Positions 1 to 13,266 are shown, counted from the stretch's first letter. The stretch: DNA of 64,000 nucleotides from Escherichia coli (GCF_003991155.1 NZ_CP031293.1); one strand, 5' to 3'. Made by a program: numbers and translations. Notes: generated by a model not told the origin, from the letters alone.

Positions 1-668
1 ACTGGAGCCGTATCACCGCACCAGTTGATGGTCGCGTTGGTCTCAAGCAGGTTGATGTTGGTAACCAAATCTCCAGTGGTGATACCACCGGGATTGTGGT
101 GATCACCCAGACGCATCCTATCGATTTGCTCTTTACCCTGCCGGAAAGCGATATCGCTACCGTAGTACAGGCGCAAAAAACCGGAAAACCGCTGGTTGTT
201 GAAGCCTGGGATCGCACCAACTCGAAGAAATTAAGTGAAGGCACGCTGTTAAGTCTCGATAACCAAATCGATGCCACTACCGGTACGATTAAAGTGAAAG
301 CACGCTTTAATAATCAGGATGATGCGCTGTTTCCCAATCAGTTTGTTAACGCGCGTATGTTAGTCGACACCGAACAAAACGCCGTGGTGATCCCCACCGC
401 CGCCCTGCAAATGGGCAATGAAGGCCATTTTGTCTGGGTGCTGAATAGCGAAAACAAGGTCAGCAAACATCTGGTGACGCCGGGCATTCAGGACAGTCAG
501 AAAGTGGTGATCCGCGCAGGTATTTCTGCGGGCGATCGCGTGGTGACGGATGGCATTGATCGCCTGACCGAAGGGGCGAAAGTGGAAGTGGTGGAAGCCC
601 AGAGCGCCACCACTTCGGAAGAGAAAGCCACCAGCCGCGAATACGCGAAAAAAGGAGCACGCTCCTGA
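1..668 (+). CDS. mdtA: RND efflux periplasmic adaptor (membrane fusion protein) MdtA, C-terminal part; 5' end upstream of window
   Basis: Frame is open from the window edge to TGA at 666-668; stop overlaps the mdtB ATG (ATGA); conserved position ahead of mdtBCD-baeSR. Confidence 0.85.
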   Translation, partial: WSRITAPVDGRVGLKQVDVGNQISSGDTTGIVVITQTHPIDLLFTLPESDIATVVQAQKTGKPLVVEAWDRTNSKKLSEGTLLSLDNQIDATTGTIKVKARFNNQDDALFPNQFVNARMLVDTEQNAVVIPTAALQMGNEGHFVWVLNSENKVSKHLVTPGIQDSQKVVIRAGISAGDRVVTDGIDRLTEGAKVEVVEAQSATTSEEKATSREYAKKGARS

Positions 669-3600
669 TGCAGGTGTTACCCCCGAGCAGCACAGGCGGC
701 CCGTCGCGCCTGTTTATTATGCGTCCTGTCGCCACCACGCTGCTGATGGTGGCGATCTTACTCGCCGGGATTATCGGTTATCGAGCCCTGCCCGTTTCGG
801 CGCTGCCGGAAGTGGACTATCCGACCATTCAGGTGGTCACGCTTTATCCAGGTGCGAGCCCGGATGTCATGACCTCTGCCGTTACCGCGCCGCTCGAACG
901 CCAGTTCGGGCAGATGTCTGGCCTGAAACAGATGTCGTCGCAAAGTTCCGGCGGTGCGTCAGTTATCACTTTACAGTTCCAGCTAACATTACCGCTCGAT
1001 GTCGCCGAGCAGGAAGTGCAGGCCGCGATTAACGCTGCGACCAACTTGTTGCCGAGCGATCTGCCTAACCCGCCGGTTTACAGCAAAGTGAATCCGGCAG
1101 ATCCGCCGATCATGACGCTCGCCGTCACCTCAACCGCCATGCCGATGACCCAGGTGGAAGATATGGTGGAAACCCGCGTCGCGCAGAAAATCTCGCAGAT
1201 TTCCGGCGTCGGCCTGGTGACGCTTTCCGGCGGTCAGCGTCCGGCTGTTCGTGTCAAACTTAACGCTCAGGCGATTGCCGCCCTCGGCCTGACCAGCGAA
1301 ACCGTGCGCACCGCCATTACCGGCGCGAACGTTAACTCAGCGAAAGGTAGCCTCGACGGCCCTTCCCGCGCGGTCACGCTTTCCGCGAACGACCAGATGC
1401 AATCCGCCGAAGAGTATCGCCAGCTAATCATCGCCTACCAGAACGGCGCGCCGATTCGTCTGGGCGATGTCGCAACCGTAGAGCAAGGAGCAGAAAACAG
1501 CTGGCTCGGCGCGTGGGCGAACAAAGAACAGGCCATTGTGATGAATGTTCAGCGCCAGCCCGGTGCTAACATTATCTCCACCGCCGACAGCATCCGGCAG
1601 ATGCTGCCACAACTCACCGAGAGTTTGCCGAAATCGGTGAAGGTGACAGTACTTTCTGACCGTACCACCAATATTCGCGCATCCGTCGATGATACTCAGT
1701 TTGAATTAATGATGGCTATCGCGCTGGTAGTCATGATTATCTACCTGTTTTTGCGCAATATTCCGGCGACCATTATTCCTGGCGTCGCAGTGCCGCTGTC
1801 GTTAATCGGCACCTTCGCAGTCATGGTGTTTCTCGATTTTTCGATCAATAACCTGACGCTGATGGCATTAACTATCGCCACCGGATTCGTGGTCGATGAC
1901 GCCATCGTGGTGATCGAGAACATTTCGCGCTATATCGAAAAAGGCGAAAAACCGCTGGCGGCGGCGCTCAAGGGCGCGGGTGAAATCGGTTTTACCATTA
2001 TCTCGCTGACCTTCTCGCTGATTGCAGTGCTGATCCCGCTACTGTTTATGGGCGATATCGTCGGGCGACTGTTCCGCGAGTTTGCCATTACCCTGGCGGT
2101 AGCAATTTTGATCTCCGCCGTGGTGTCGCTGACTCTGACGCCGATGATGTGCGCGCGGATGCTCAGCCAGGAGTCGCTGCGTAAACAGAATCGCTTCTCC
2201 CGAGCCTCGGAGAAAATGTTCGACAGGATAATCGCCGCCTATGGTCGTGGACTGGCGAAAGTGCTGAATCATCCGTGGCTGACCTTAAGCGTGGCGCTCA
2301 GCACGCTGCTGCTTAGCGTGCTGTTGTGGGTGTTCATTCCGAAAGGTTTCTTCCCGGTACAGGACAACGGCATTATTCAGGGCACTTTGCAGGCACCGCA
2401 ATCCAGCTCCTTTACCAATATGGCCCAGCGGCAACGCCAGGTCGCGGATGTGATTTTGCAGGATCCGGCAGTGCAAAGTATGACCTCGTTTGTTGGCGTT
2501 GATGGCACTAACCCGTCGCTGAACAGTGCGCGTTTACAAATCAACCTCAAACCGTTGGATGAACGTGATGACCGGGTGCAAAAAGTCATCGCCCGTCTGC
2601 AAACGGCGGTCGATAAAGTGCCGGGCGTCGATCTCTTCCTGCAACCAACGCAGGATCTGACTATCGATACTCAGGTCAGCCGCACCCAGTACCAGTTTAC
2701 CTTGCAGGCCACATCGCTGGATGCGCTCAGCACCTGGGTGCCGCAACTCGTGGAAAAACTCCAGCAGTTGCCACAGCTTTCTGATGTCTCCAGTGACTGG
2801 CAGGACAAAGGGCTGGTGGCGTATGTCAATGTTGATCGCGACAGCGCCAGCCGTCTGGGGATCAGCATGGCGGACGTCGATAACGCCCTGTACAACGCGT
2901 TTGGTCAGCGACTGATTTCCACTATTTATACTCAGGCTAACCAGTATCGCGTGGTGCTGGAACACAACACTGAAAATACCCCAGGCCTCGCGGCGCTGGA
3001 TACTATCCGCCTGACCAGCAGCGACGGTGGCGTGGTGCCGCTAAGCTCAATTGCCAAAATTGAGCAGCGTTTTGCGCCGCTCTCCATCAACCATCTGAAT
3101 CAGTTCCCGGTAACGACTATCTCCTTTAACGTGCCGGATAACTATTCGCTGGGCGATGCGGTGCAGGCGATTATGGACACCGAAAAAACGCTGAATCTGC
3201 CGGTGGATATCACCACGCAGTTCCAGGGTAGCACCCTCGCCTTCCAGTCGGCATTGGGCAGCACTGTCTGGCTGATTGTCGCGGCGGTGGTGGCGATGTA
3301 TATCGTGCTCGGTATTCTGTATGAAAGTTTTATTCACCCGATCACCATTCTCTCGACGTTGCCAACGGCAGGTGTTGGCGCACTGCTGGCGCTAATGATT
3401 GCCGGAAGTGAGCTGGATGTGATCGCCATCATCGGCATTATTTTGCTGATCGGTATTGTGAAGAAAAACGCCATCATGATGATCGACTTCGCGCTGGCTG
3501 CTGAGCGCGAGCAAGGCATGTCGCCGCGCGAAGCTATTTACCAGGCTTGTCTGTTGCGTTTTCGTCCGATCCTGATGACCACTCTGGCGGCTCTGCTTGG

Positions 3601-3790
3601 CTCGCTGCCGCTGATGTTGAGTACCGGGGTCGGCGCGGAACTACGTCGTCCGTTAGGTATCGGCATGGTCGGCGGTCTGATAGTCAGCCAGGTGCTGACG
3701 CTGTTTACCACGCCGGTGATTTATTTGCTATTCGACCGCCTGGCATTGTGGACCAAAAGCCGCTTTGCCCGTCATGAAGAGGAGGCGTAA
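668..3790 (+). CDS. mdtB: RND multidrug efflux transporter permease MdtB
   Basis: 1040-aa ORF with 12-TM RND architecture and large periplasmic loops; synteny with mdtC/mdtD/baeSR. Confidence 0.95.
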   Translation: MQVLPPSSTGGPSRLFIMRPVATTLLMVAILLAGIIGYRALPVSALPEVDYPTIQVVTLYPGASPDVMTSAVTAPLERQFGQMSGLKQMSSQSSGGASVITLQFQLTLPLDVAEQEVQAAINAATNLLPSDLPNPPVYSKVNPADPPIMTLAVTSTAMPMTQVEDMVETRVAQKISQISGVGLVTLSGGQRPAVRVKLNAQAIAALGLTSETVRTAITGANVNSAKGSLDGPSRAVTLSANDQMQSAEEYRQLIIAYQNGAPIRLGDVATVEQGAENSWLGAWANKEQAIVMNVQRQPGANIISTADSIRQMLPQLTESLPKSVKVTVLSDRTTNIRASVDDTQFELMMAIALVVMIIYLFLRNIPATIIPGVAVPLSLIGTFAVMVFLDFSINNLTLMALTIATGFVVDDAIVVIENISRYIEKGEKPLAAALKGAGEIGFTIISLTFSLIAVLIPLLFMGDIVGRLFREFAITLAVAILISAVVSLTLTPMMCARMLSQESLRKQNRFSRASEKMFDRIIAAYGRGLAKVLNHPWLTLSVALSTLLLSVLLWVFIPKGFFPVQDNGIIQGTLQAPQSSSFTNMAQRQRQVADVILQDPAVQSMTSFVGVDGTNPSLNSARLQINLKPLDERDDRVQKVIARLQTAVDKVPGVDLFLQPTQDLTIDTQVSRTQYQFTLQATSLDALSTWVPQLVEKLQQLPQLSDVSSDWQDKGLVAYVNVDRDSASRLGISMADVDNALYNAFGQRLISTIYTQANQYRVVLEHNTENTPGLAALDTIRLTSSDGGVVPLSSIAKIEQRFAPLSINHLNQFPVTTISFNVPDNYSLGDAVQAIMDTEKTLNLPVDITTQFQGSTLAFQSALGSTVWLIVAAVVAMYIVLGILYESFIHPITILSTLPTAGVGALLALMIAGSELDVIAIIGIILLIGIVKKNAIMMIDFALAAEREQGMSPREAIYQACLLRFRPILMTTLAALLGSLPLMLSTGVGAELRRPLGIGMVGGLIVSQVLTLFTTPVIYLLFDRLALWTKSRFARHEEEA

Positions 3791-6700
3791 GTGAAGTTTT
3801 TTGCCCTCTTCATTTACCGCCCGGTGGCGACGATTTTACTGTCGGTCGCCATTACCCTGTGCGGCATACTGGGTTTCCGTATGCTGCCAGTCGCCTCGCT
3901 GCCGCAGGTCGATTTTCCGGTGATCATGGTCAGCGCCTCGCTGCCCGGTGCGTCACCAGAAACAATGGCGTCTTCCGTTGCCACGCCGCTGGAGCGCTCA
4001 CTTGGGCGCATTGCCGGAGTCAGCGAAATGACCTCCAGCAGTTCGCTCGGCAGCACGCGCATTATTTTGCAGTTTGATTTTGACCGGGATATCAACGGCG
4101 CAGCGCGCGATGTGCAGGCGGCGATCAACGCCGCGCAAAGTCTGCTACCCAGCGGGATGCCCAGCCGTCCGACCTATCGCAAAGCGAACCCATCGGATGC
4201 GCCAATTATGATCCTCACGCTGACATCCGATACTTATTCGCAGGGTGAACTGTACGATTTCGCCTCGACACAGCTGGCTCCGACAATTTCGCAAATCGAC
4301 GGTGTCGGTGATGTCGATGTCGGCGGCAGCTCACTGCCCGCCGTACGCGTCGGGCTGAATCCGCAGGCGCTGTTTAATCAGGGCGTCTCGCTGGACGACG
4401 TACGCACTGCCATCAGCAATGCCAACGTGCGTAAACCGCAGGGCGCACTGGAAGATGGCACCCACCGCTGGCAGATCCAGACCAATGACGAACTGAAAAC
4501 TGCCGCTGAATATCAGCCGCTAATTATTCATTACAACAACGGCGGAGCGGTTCGTCTGGGCGATGTGGCGACGGTGACCGACTCAGTACAGGATGTGCGC
4601 AACGCCGGGATGACCAACGCCAAACCGGCTATTTTGCTGATGATCCGCAAGCTGCCGGAAGCCAATATTATCCAGACGGTAGACAGCATCCGCGCCCGTC
4701 TGCCGGAATTACAATCCACCATCCCGGCAGCAATTGATCTGCAAATTGCCCAGGATCGCTCCCCTACTATCCGCGCGTCGCTGGAAGAGGTTGAGCAGAC
4801 GCTGATTATCTCGGTGGCGCTGGTGATTCTGGTGGTGTTTTTATTCCTGCGCTCGGGTCGCGCCACTATTATTCCCGCCGTTGCGGTGCCGGTTTCGCTG
4901 ATTGGTACGTTTGCGGCGATGTACCTGTGCGGATTCAGTCTCAATAACCTTTCGTTAATGGCACTCACCATCGCTACTGGTTTCGTGGTGGATGACGCCA
5001 TCGTGGTGCTGGAAAACATTGCCCGTCATCTGGAAGCGGGGATGAAACCGCTACAGGCCGCGCTACAAGGTACTCGCGAAGTCGGCTTTACGGTGCTGTC
5101 GATGAGTCTGTCACTGGTGGCGGTGTTCCTGCCGCTGCTGTTGATGGGCGGATTGCCGGGTCGCCTGTTACGCGAGTTTGCCGTGACGCTTTCTGTCGCC
5201 ATTGGTATTTCGTTGCTGGTTTCCCTGACGTTAACGCCGATGATGTGCGGCTGGATGCTGAAAGCCAGCAAGCCGCGCGAGCAAAAGCGACTGCGTGGTT
5301 TTGGTCGCATGTTGGTAGCCCTGCAACAAGGCTATGGCAAGTCGCTGAAATGGGTGCTCAATCATACCCGTCTGGTGGGCGTGGTGCTGCTTGGCACCAT
5401 TGCGCTGAATATCTGGCTGTATATCTCGATCCCGAAAACCTTCTTCCCGGAGCAGGACACAGGCGTACTGATGGGCGGGATACAGGCTGACCAGAGTATT
5501 TCGTTTCAGGCGATGCGCGGCAAGTTGCAGGACTTCATGAAAATTATCCGTGACGATCCGGCGGTGGATAATGTCACCGGCTTTACTGGCGGTTCACGGG
5601 TGAACAGTGGAATGATGTTTATCACGCTTAAACCACGCGGCGAGCGGAGCGAAACGGCCCAGCAAATTATCGACCGTCTGCGGGTAAAGCTGGCGAAAGA
5701 GCCGGGGGCGAATCTGTTCCTGATGGCGGTACAGGATATTCGCGTTGGCGGACGTCAGTCGAACGCCAGCTATCAGTACACGTTACTGTCCGACGACCTG
5801 GCGGCACTGCGCGAATGGGAGCCGAAAATTCGCAAAAAACTGGCGACGTTGCCGGAACTGGCGGACGTGAACTCCGACCAGCAGGATAACGGCGCGGAAA
5901 TGAATCTGGTTTACGACCGCGACACCATGGCACGGCTGGGAATCGACGTGCAGGCCGCCAACAGCCTGTTAAATAACGCCTTCGGTCAGCGGCAAATCTC
6001 GACCATTTACCAGCCGATGAACCAGTATAAAGTGGTGATGGAAGTGGATCCGCGCTATACCCAGGACATCAGTGCGCTGGAAAAAATGTTCGTTATCAAT
6101 AACGAAGGAAAAGCGATCCCGCTGTCGTATTTCGCTAAATGGCAACCGGCGAATGCCCCACTATCGGTGAATCATCAGGGATTATCGGCGGCCTCGACCA
6201 TCTCGTTCAACCTGCCGACCGGGAAATCGCTCTCGGACGCCAGTGCGGCGATCGATCGCGCAATGACCCAGCTTGGTGTGCCTTCGACGGTGCGCGGCAG
6301 TTTTGCCGGCACGGCGCAGGTGTTCCAGGAGACGATGAACTCGCAGGTGATCCTGATTATCGCCGCCATCGCCACGGTGTATATCGTGCTGGGTATCCTT
6401 TACGAGAGTTACGTACATCCGCTGACGATCCTCTCCACCCTGCCCTCGGCGGGCGTTGGTGCGCTGCTGGCGCTGGAGCTGTTTAATGCCCCGTTCAGCC
6501 TAATCGCCCTGATAGGAATCATGCTATTAATCGGCATCGTGAAGAAAAACGCCATTATGATGGTCGATTTTGCGCTCGAAGCCCAACGGCACGGTAACCT
6601 GACGCCGCAGGAAGCTATTTTCCAGGCCTGTCTGCTGCGTTTTCGCCCGATTATGATGACTACCCTGGCGGCGCTGTTTGGCGCGCTGCCGCTGGTGTTG

Positions 6701-6868
6701 TCGGGCGGTGACGGCTCGGAGCTGCGGCAACCCCTGGGGATCACCATTGTCGGCGGTCTGGTAATGAGCCAGCTTCTGACGCTGTATACCACGCCGGTGG
6801 TGTATCTCTTTTTCGACCGTCTGCGGCTGCGTTTTTCGCGTAAACCTAAACAAACGATAACCGAGTAA
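3791..6868 (+). CDS. mdtC: RND multidrug efflux transporter permease MdtC
   Basis: 1025-aa RND paralog of MdtB starting with GTG one nt after the mdtB stop. Confidence 0.95.
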   Translation: MKFFALFIYRPVATILLSVAITLCGILGFRMLPVASLPQVDFPVIMVSASLPGASPETMASSVATPLERSLGRIAGVSEMTSSSSLGSTRIILQFDFDRDINGAARDVQAAINAAQSLLPSGMPSRPTYRKANPSDAPIMILTLTSDTYSQGELYDFASTQLAPTISQIDGVGDVDVGGSSLPAVRVGLNPQALFNQGVSLDDVRTAISNANVRKPQGALEDGTHRWQIQTNDELKTAAEYQPLIIHYNNGGAVRLGDVATVTDSVQDVRNAGMTNAKPAILLMIRKLPEANIIQTVDSIRARLPELQSTIPAAIDLQIAQDRSPTIRASLEEVEQTLIISVALVILVVFLFLRSGRATIIPAVAVPVSLIGTFAAMYLCGFSLNNLSLMALTIATGFVVDDAIVVLENIARHLEAGMKPLQAALQGTREVGFTVLSMSLSLVAVFLPLLLMGGLPGRLLREFAVTLSVAIGISLLVSLTLTPMMCGWMLKASKPREQKRLRGFGRMLVALQQGYGKSLKWVLNHTRLVGVVLLGTIALNIWLYISIPKTFFPEQDTGVLMGGIQADQSISFQAMRGKLQDFMKIIRDDPAVDNVTGFTGGSRVNSGMMFITLKPRGERSETAQQIIDRLRVKLAKEPGANLFLMAVQDIRVGGRQSNASYQYTLLSDDLAALREWEPKIRKKLATLPELADVNSDQQDNGAEMNLVYDRDTMARLGIDVQAANSLLNNAFGQRQISTIYQPMNQYKVVMEVDPRYTQDISALEKMFVINNEGKAIPLSYFAKWQPANAPLSVNHQGLSAASTISFNLPTGKSLSDASAAIDRAMTQLGVPSTVRGSFAGTAQVFQETMNSQVILIIAAIATVYIVLGILYESYVHPLTILSTLPSAGVGALLALELFNAPFSLIALIGIMLLIGIVKKNAIMMVDFALEAQRHGNLTPQEAIFQACLLRFRPIMMTTLAALFGALPLVLSGGDGSELRQPLGITIVGGLVMSQLLTLYTTPVVYLFFDRLRLRFSRKPKQTITE

Positions 6869-8284
6869 ATGACAGATCTTCCCGACAGCACCCGCTGGCA
6901 ATTGTGGATTGTGGCTTTCGGCTTCTTTATGCAGTCGCTGGACACCACCATCGTAAACACTGCCCTTCCCTCAATGGCGCAAAGCCTCGGGGAAAGTCCG
7001 TTGCATATGCACATGGTCATTGTCTCTTATGTGCTGACCGTGGCGGTGATGCTGCCCGCCAGCGGCTGGCTGGCGGACAAAGTCGGCGTGCGCAATATTT
7101 TCTTTACCGCCATCGTGCTGTTTACTCTCGGTTCACTGTTTTGCGCACTTTCCGGCACGCTGAACGAACTGTTGCTGGCACGCGCGTTACAGGGCGTTGG
7201 CGGTGCGATGATGGTGCCGGTCGGCAGGTTGACGGTGATGAAAATCGTACCGCGCGAGCAATATATGGCGGCGATGACCTTTGTCACGTTACCCGGTCAG
7301 GTCGGGCCGCTGCTCGGTCCGGCACTCGGCGGCCTGCTGGTGGAGTACGCCTCCTGGCACTGGATCTTTTTGATCAACATTCCGGTGGGGATTATCGGTG
7401 CGATCGCCACACTGATGTTAATGCCGAACTACACCATGCAGACGCGGCGCTTTGATCTCTCCGGCTTTTTATTGCTGGCGGTTGGCATGGCGGTATTAAC
7501 CCTGGCGCTGGACGGCAGTAAAGGTACAGGTTTATCGCCGCTGGCGATTGCTGGCCTGGTCACAGTTGGTGTGGTGGCACTGGTGCTTTATCTGCTGCAC
7601 GCCAGAAATAACAACCGCGCTCTTTTCAGTCTGAAACTGTTCCGCACTCGTACCTTTTCACTGGGCCTGGCGGGGAGCTTTGCCGGACGTATCGGTAGCG
7701 GCATGTTGCCCTTTATGACGCCGGTTTTCCTGCAAATTGGCCTCGGTTTCTCGCCTTTTCATGCCGGACTGATGATGATCCCGATGGTGCTTGGCAGCAT
7801 GGGAATGAAGCGAATTGTGGTACAGGTGGTGAATCGCTTTGGTTATCGTCGGGTACTGGTAGCGACCACGCTGGGTCTGTCGCTGGTCACCATGTTGTTT
7901 ATGACCACCGCGCTGCTGGGCTGGTACTACGTTTTACCGTTCGTCCTGTTTTTACAAGGAATGGTCAACTCAACGCGTTTCTCCTCCATGAACACCCTGA
8001 CGCTGAAAGATCTCCCGGACAATCTGGCGAGCAGCGGAAACAGCCTGCTGTCGATGATTATGCAATTGTCGATGAGTATCGGCGTCACTATCGCCGGGCT
8101 GTTGCTGGGACTTTTTGGTTCACAGCATGTCAGCGTCGACAGCGGCACCACACAAACCGTCTTTATGTACACCTGGCTTAGCATGGCGTTTATCATCGCC
8201 CTTCCGGCGTTCATCTTTGCCAGAGTGCCGAACGATACGCATCAAAATGTCGCTATTTCGCGGCGAAAAAGGAGCGCGCAATGA
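6869..8284 (+). CDS. mdtD: MFS transporter MdtD
   Basis: 471-aa hydrophobic ORF (14-TM MFS-like) abutting mdtC; stop overlaps baeS start. Confidence 0.9.
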   Translation: MTDLPDSTRWQLWIVAFGFFMQSLDTTIVNTALPSMAQSLGESPLHMHMVIVSYVLTVAVMLPASGWLADKVGVRNIFFTAIVLFTLGSLFCALSGTLNELLLARALQGVGGAMMVPVGRLTVMKIVPREQYMAAMTFVTLPGQVGPLLGPALGGLLVEYASWHWIFLINIPVGIIGAIATLMLMPNYTMQTRRFDLSGFLLLAVGMAVLTLALDGSKGTGLSPLAIAGLVTVGVVALVLYLLHARNNNRALFSLKLFRTRTFSLGLAGSFAGRIGSGMLPFMTPVFLQIGLGFSPFHAGLMMIPMVLGSMGMKRIVVQVVNRFGYRRVLVATTLGLSLVTMLFMTTALLGWYYVLPFVLFLQGMVNSTRFSSMNTLTLKDLPDNLASSGNSLLSMIMQLSMSIGVTIAGLLLGLFGSQHVSVDSGTTQTVFMYTWLSMAFIIALPAFIFARVPNDTHQNVAISRRKRSAQ

Positions 8285-9684
8285 AGTTCTGGCGACCCGG
8301 TATTACCGGCAAACTGTTTCTGGCGATTTTCGCCACCTGCATTGTCTTGCTGATCAGTATGCACTGGGCGGTGCGTATCAGTTTTGAGCGTGGCTTTATT
8401 GATTACATCAAGCATGGTAATGAACAACGGCTGCAAATGCTCGGCGATGCGCTTGGTGAGCAGTACGCCCAGCACGGGAACTGGCGCTTCCTGCGTAATA
8501 ACGATCGCTTTGTATTTCAGATCCTACGTTCGCTGGAGCATGATAACAACGAAGATAAGCCCGGCCCCGGTATGCCGCCACACGGCTGGCGCACGCAATT
8601 CTGGGTGGTTGATCAAAACAACAAAGTGCTGGTTGGCCCGCGAGCACCGATTCCACCAGACGGCACACGGCGGCCCATTATGGTCAATGGGGCGGAAGTG
8701 GGTGCGGTGATCGCCTCCCCTGTTGAACGACTGACCCGCAATACCGATATCAATTTTGACAGACAACAGAGGCAAACCAGTTGGCTGATTGTCGCTTTAT
8801 CTACCTTGTTAGCGGCGCTGGCGACATTCCCACTGGCGCGCGGTTTGCTGGCTCCGGTCAAACGACTGGTGGACGGTACACACAAACTGGCAGCGGGCGA
8901 TTTCACTACTCGCGTAGCCCCCACCAGCGAAGATGAGTTGGGCAGACTGGCAGAGGATTTCAATCAACTCGCCAGCACACTGGAGAAAAACCAGCAGATG
9001 CGCCGCGATTTTATGGCCGATATCTCCCACGAGCTGCGCACGCCTTTAGCGGTACTGCGCGGCGAACTGGAAGCTATTCAGGATGGCGTGCGTAAATTCA
9101 CGCCGGAGACGGTGGCTTCTTTACAGGCAGAGGTCGGTACACTGACCAAACTGGTGGATGATCTTCATCAATTGTCGATGTCTGATGAAGGCGCTCTCGC
9201 CTATCAAAAAGCACCGGTAGATTTGATCCCACTGCTGGAAGTGGCGGGCGGCGCATTTCGCGAACGATTCGCCAGCCGTGGCCTGAAACTGCAATTTTCC
9301 CTGCCAGACAGTATTACCGTATTTGGCGATCGCGACCGTTTAATGCAGTTATTCAATAACTTACTGGAAAACAGCCTGCGCTACACTGATAGCGGCGGTA
9401 GCCTGAAAATCTCTGCCGAGCAGCACGACAAAACGGTGCGCCTGACCTTTGCCGACAGTGCACCGGGCGTTAGTGACGATCAACTGGAAAAATTGTTTGA
9501 GCGTTTTTATCGCACCGAAGGTTCCCGCAACCGTGCCAGCGGCGGTTCCGGCTTGGGGCTGGCGATTTGTCTTAACATTGTTGAAGCACATAATGGTCGC
9601 ATTGTTGCCGCTCATTCGCCTTTTGGCGGGGTAAGCATTACAGTAGAGTTACCGCTGGAACGGGATTTACAGAGAGAAGTATGA
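8281..9684 (+). CDS. baeS: Envelope-stress sensor histidine kinase BaeS
   Basis: 467 aa; two N-terminal TM segments, HAMP, H-box (SHELRTPL) and ATPase G-boxes (GGSGLGLAI). Confidence 0.9.
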
Positions 9685-10403
9685 CCGAGTTACCAATCGA
9701 CGAAAACACGCCACGTATTTTGATCGTGGAAGATGAACCGAAGCTGGGGCAGTTGCTTATTGATTATCTGCGTGCTGCGAGCTATGCGCCGACGCTTATC
9801 AGCCACGGCGATCAGGTACTGCCATATGTGCGCCAGACACCACCGGATCTGATCCTGTTGGATCTGATGCTCCCTGGCACCGATGGCCTGACGTTGTGTC
9901 GGGAGATTCGTCGTTTTTCTGACATTCCGATCGTGATGGTGACAGCAAAAATCGAAGAGATCGACCGCCTGCTCGGGCTGGAGATTGGCGCAGATGATTA
10001 TATCTGTAAGCCGTACAGCCCACGGGAAGTGGTAGCGCGCGTCAAAACCATTTTGCGCCGTTGCAAACCGCAGCGCGAGTTGCAGCAACAGGATGCTGAA
10101 AGCCCGTTGATTATCGACGAAGGTCGTTTTCAGGCTTCATGGCGCGGAAAAATGCTTGACCTGACGCCTGCGGAATTTCGTCTGCTGAAAACGCTCTCTC
10201 ATGAACCAGGAAAAGTGTTCTCCCGCGAGCAATTGCTCAATCATCTTTATGACGACTACCGCGTAGTAACCGACCGCACCATCGACAGCCACATTAAAAA
10301 CCTGCGCCGCAAGCTGGAATCTCTCGACGCCGAACAGTCATTTATCCGCGCCGTTTACGGCGTCGGTTACCGCTGGGAAGCCGACGCCTGCCGCATCGTT
10401 TAA
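9681..10403 (+). CDS. baeR: OmpR-family response regulator BaeR
   Basis: 240 aa; receiver domain ([10 protein letters not shown]) plus winged-helix output domain; overlaps baeS stop. Confidence 0.9.
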
Positions 10404-10582
10404 TATTTTTACCTGCCGGAGAAGGCATTCACGCCGCATCCGGCAACATTATCCCATGCATTGTCGGCTATCTGACATTATCTCTCCGCCCTGGCAAGCA
10501 CCTGAAAATCGCTCATACTTTAATCGGCAAACAGTCCTTTTAGATGCTGTTTTCGATACGCAATTTCAATCAAGGAGTCATT

Positions 10583-10915
10583 ATGGCTGGTTGGTTTGAA
10601 CTCAGTAAGAGCAGTGATAATCAGTTCCGGTTTGTGCTAAAAGCGGGCAATGGTGAGACTATCCTCACCAGCGAGCTGTATACCTCAAAAGCCTCTGCGG
10701 AAAAGGGCATCGCGTCGGTACGTAGCAACAGCCCGCAAGAAGAACGCTATGAGAAAAAAACGGCAAGCAACGGCAAATTCTATTTCAATCTGAAAGCCGC
10801 CAATCATCAAATTATCGGCTCCAGCCAGATGTACGCCACCGCGCAATCTCGTGAAACCGGAATTGCCTCCGTTAAAGCCAATGGCACAAGCCAGACGGTA
10901 AAAGACAATACGTAA
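10583..10915 (+). CDS. yegP: DUF1508 (YegP-like) tandem-repeat protein
   Basis: ATG 39 nt into the 10544 ORF, preceded by AAGGAG; 110 aa with two internal repeats; start choice by SD and K-12 length. Confidence 0.8.
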   Translation: MAGWFELSKSSDNQFRFVLKAGNGETILTSELYTSKASAEKGIASVRSNSPQEERYEKKTASNGKFYFNLKAANHQIIGSSQMYATAQSRETGIASVKANGTSQTVKDNT

Positions 10916-10917
10916 TT

Positions 10918-10950
10918 ACGATGCCGGGCGTGGGTTGTTGGCGTCCGGCT
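10918..10950 (+). terminator. Putative rho-independent terminator downstream of yegP
   Basis: GC hairpin (GCCGGGCG...CGTCCGGC) followed by TTTATAT; approximate coordinates. Confidence 0.45.
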
Positions 10951-11168
10951 TTATATCAAAACAACTCTTAGTTATTGATAATTAAGATTAACCTCCGCCA
11001 TTAAAATAGTGGGCACTGACGAGCACTCGTTGTGCTTTCTTTGTTTACCATCCCATACTTATCTTCCTGAACATGTTCATATGCCAAAATATCTTCTAAT
11101 ACTTTCGTGACGCTATCCGGTTTATGAAATACACTGATGTAAGATTTTTACTTACAGGCGGGTGTAAA

Positions 11169-11420
11169 ATGGCCAGAACGATGACGGTTGATCTCGGCGA
11201 TGAGTTGCGTGAATTTATCGAGTCCTTAATTGAATCCGGCGACTATCGCACCCAAAGCGAAGTGATCCGTGAGTCGCTGCGCTTACTTCGAGAAAAGCAA
11301 GCAGAGTCTCGCCTGCAAGCGTTACGTGACATGCTCGCTGAAGGGTTGAGTAGTGGTGAAGCTCAGCCGTGGGAAAAGGACGCGTTTTTACGGAAGGTGA
11401 AAGCAGGGATAAGGAAATAA
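11169..11420 (+). CDS. ParD/RHH-family type II antitoxin
   Basis: Small ORF with ParD-like sequence (SEVIRESLRLLREKQ...LQALR..L.EG..SG); in-frame ATG at 11169 chosen from the 11124 ORF; stop 1 nt before the toxin start. Confidence 0.75.
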   Translation: MARTMTVDLGDELREFIESLIESGDYRTQSEVIRESLRLLREKQAESRLQALRDMLAEGLSSGEAQPWEKDAFLRKVKAGIRK

Positions 11421-11421
11421 T

Positions 11422-11718
11422 GTGCGTACTATAAAACTCATGCCAAAAGCCAATGAGGATTTAGAAGGCATCTGGTATTACAGCTATCACCATTTCGGCG
11501 AACCACAAGCCGACAGATATGTGGAACATCTTTCAGACGTTCTCCAGATTCTGAGTAACAATAATATAGGTACGCCCAGACCTGAATTAGGCGAAGGTAT
11601 TTTTGTTCTTCCTTTTGAACGCCACGTAATTTATTTCCTGCAATCGCCAGAGGAAATTATCGTCATTCGTATCCTTAACCAAAACCAGGACGCCTCCAGA
11701 CATTTACACTGGAGCTAA
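11422..11718 (+). CDS. ParE/RelE-superfamily type II toxin
   Basis: 98-aa ORF (GTG start) directly after the antitoxin; ParE-like motifs (EDLEGIWYY...GEPQADRYV...GTPRPELG); alternative ATG at 11440. Confidence 0.75.
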   Translation: MRTIKLMPKANEDLEGIWYYSYHHFGEPQADRYVEHLSDVLQILSNNNIGTPRPELGEGIFVLPFERHVIYFLQSPEEIIVIRILNQNQDASRHLHWS

Positions 11719-11820
11719 ACCCGCCGATTGCGCTACAATGCCCGCCCTTAAAGTGGGGGCACTCCCCTAACCGCTTCATCAGGTGAAGCGGATCTGACCT
11801 GTCATCAGAACGAGAGAATT

Positions 11821-13182
11821 ATGTTTAAACCGGAACTCCTTTCCCCGGCGGGAACGCTGAAAAATATGCGTTACGCTTTCGCTTATGGCGCAGATGCTGT
11901 TTATGCGGGCCAGCCGCGTTACTCCCTGCGTGTGCGCAACAACGAATTCAACCACGAAAATCTCCAGCTCGGCATCAATGAAGCCCACGCGCTGGGGAAA
12001 AAGTTTTATGTCGTGGTCAACATTGCACCGCACAACGCCAAGCTGAAAACCTTTATCCGTGACCTGAAACCGGTGGTGGAGATGGGGCCGGATGCGCTGA
12101 TTATGTCCGATCCAGGGCTGATTATGCTGGTGCGCGAGCACTTCCCTGAAATGCCGATCCACCTCTCGGTGCAGGCTAACGCCGTGAACTGGGCGACGGT
12201 GAAATTCTGGCAGCAAATGGGACTGACCCGCGTGATCCTCTCTCGCGAGCTGTCGCTGGAAGAGATTGAAGAGATCCGTAATCAGGTGCCGGATATGGAG
12301 ATCGAGATCTTCGTTCACGGTGCGCTGTGCATGGCCTACTCCGGTCGCTGCCTGCTCTCTGGCTATATCAACAAGCGCGACCCGAACCAGGGCACCTGCA
12401 CCAACGCCTGCCGCTGGGAGTACAACGTCCAGGAAGGGAAAGAAGATGACGTTGGCAACATCGTGCACAAGTACGAGCCGATTCCGGTGCAAAATGTTGA
12501 GCCGACGCTGGGCATCGGCGCGCCAACCGACAAAGTGTTTATGATCGAAGAAGCTCAGCGTCCGGGCGAGTATATGACTGCGTTTGAAGATGAGCACGGC
12601 ACTTACATCATGAACTCGAAAGATCTGCGCGCTATCGCCCACGTTGAACGCCTGACCAAAATGGGCGTGCATTCGCTGAAAATCGAAGGTCGTACAAAAT
12701 CTTTCTACTATTGCGCACGCACCGCGCAGGTTTACCGTAAAGCTATCGATGACGCAGCTGCGGGAAAACCATTCGATACCAGCCTGCTGGAAACTCTGGA
12801 AGGTCTGGCGCATCGTGGCTATACCGAAGGTTTCCTGCGTCGTCATACTCACGACGATTATCAGAACTACGAATACGGTTATTCAGTTTCTGACCGCCAG
12901 CAGTTTGTTGGTGAGTTTACCGGTGAGCGCAAGGGCGACCTCGCGGCGGTAGCGGTGAAAAATAAATTCTCCGTTGGCGACAGCCTTGAGCTGATGACGC
13001 CGCAAGGGAACATTAACTTTACCCTTGAGCATATGGAAAACGCCAAAGGCGAAGCAATGCCGGTCGCACCGGGCGATGGTTATACTGTGTGGATCCCGGT
13101 GCCGCAGGATCTTGAGCTAAATTACGCGCTGCTGATGCGTAATTTCTCCGGGGAAACCACGCGTAACCCCCACGGTAAGTGA
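11821..13182 (+). CDS. trhP: Peptidase U32-family protein YegQ (tRNA hydroxylation protein TrhP)
   Basis: 453-aa ORF with U32 collagenase-family sequence; conserved neighbour of yegP and cyaR. Confidence 0.9.
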   Translation: MFKPELLSPAGTLKNMRYAFAYGADAVYAGQPRYSLRVRNNEFNHENLQLGINEAHALGKKFYVVVNIAPHNAKLKTFIRDLKPVVEMGPDALIMSDPGLIMLVREHFPEMPIHLSVQANAVNWATVKFWQQMGLTRVILSRELSLEEIEEIRNQVPDMEIEIFVHGALCMAYSGRCLLSGYINKRDPNQGTCTNACRWEYNVQEGKEDDVGNIVHKYEPIPVQNVEPTLGIGAPTDKVFMIEEAQRPGEYMTAFEDEHGTYIMNSKDLRAIAHVERLTKMGVHSLKIEGRTKSFYYCARTAQVYRKAIDDAAAGKPFDTSLLETLEGLAHRGYTEGFLRRHTHDDYQNYEYGYSVSDRQQFVGEFTGERKGDLAAVAVKNKFSVGDSLELMTPQGNINFTLEHMENAKGEAMPVAPGDGYTVWIPVPQDLELNYALLMRNFSGETTRNPHGK

Positions 13183-13266
13183 TTAATTTCGATTATTTTT
13201 CCCGGATGGAAAATTCTTAGAAACCGATCACATACAGCTGCATTTATTAAGGTTATCATCCGTTTC

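Noticed and set aside
6409-7455. Long alternative-frame and antisense ORFs (203 aa minus, 183 aa plus) within mdtC/mdtD
   Set aside because: Arg/Gly/Ala-rich translations typical of wrong-frame readings of GC-rich coding DNA; the in-frame mdtC/mdtD products are clearly transporter-like.
11779-12852. 357-aa minus-strand ORF antisense to yegQ/trhP
   Set aside because: Overlaps a well-supported conserved U32-family gene on the opposite strand; composition typical of a GC-rich antisense frame; no RBS.
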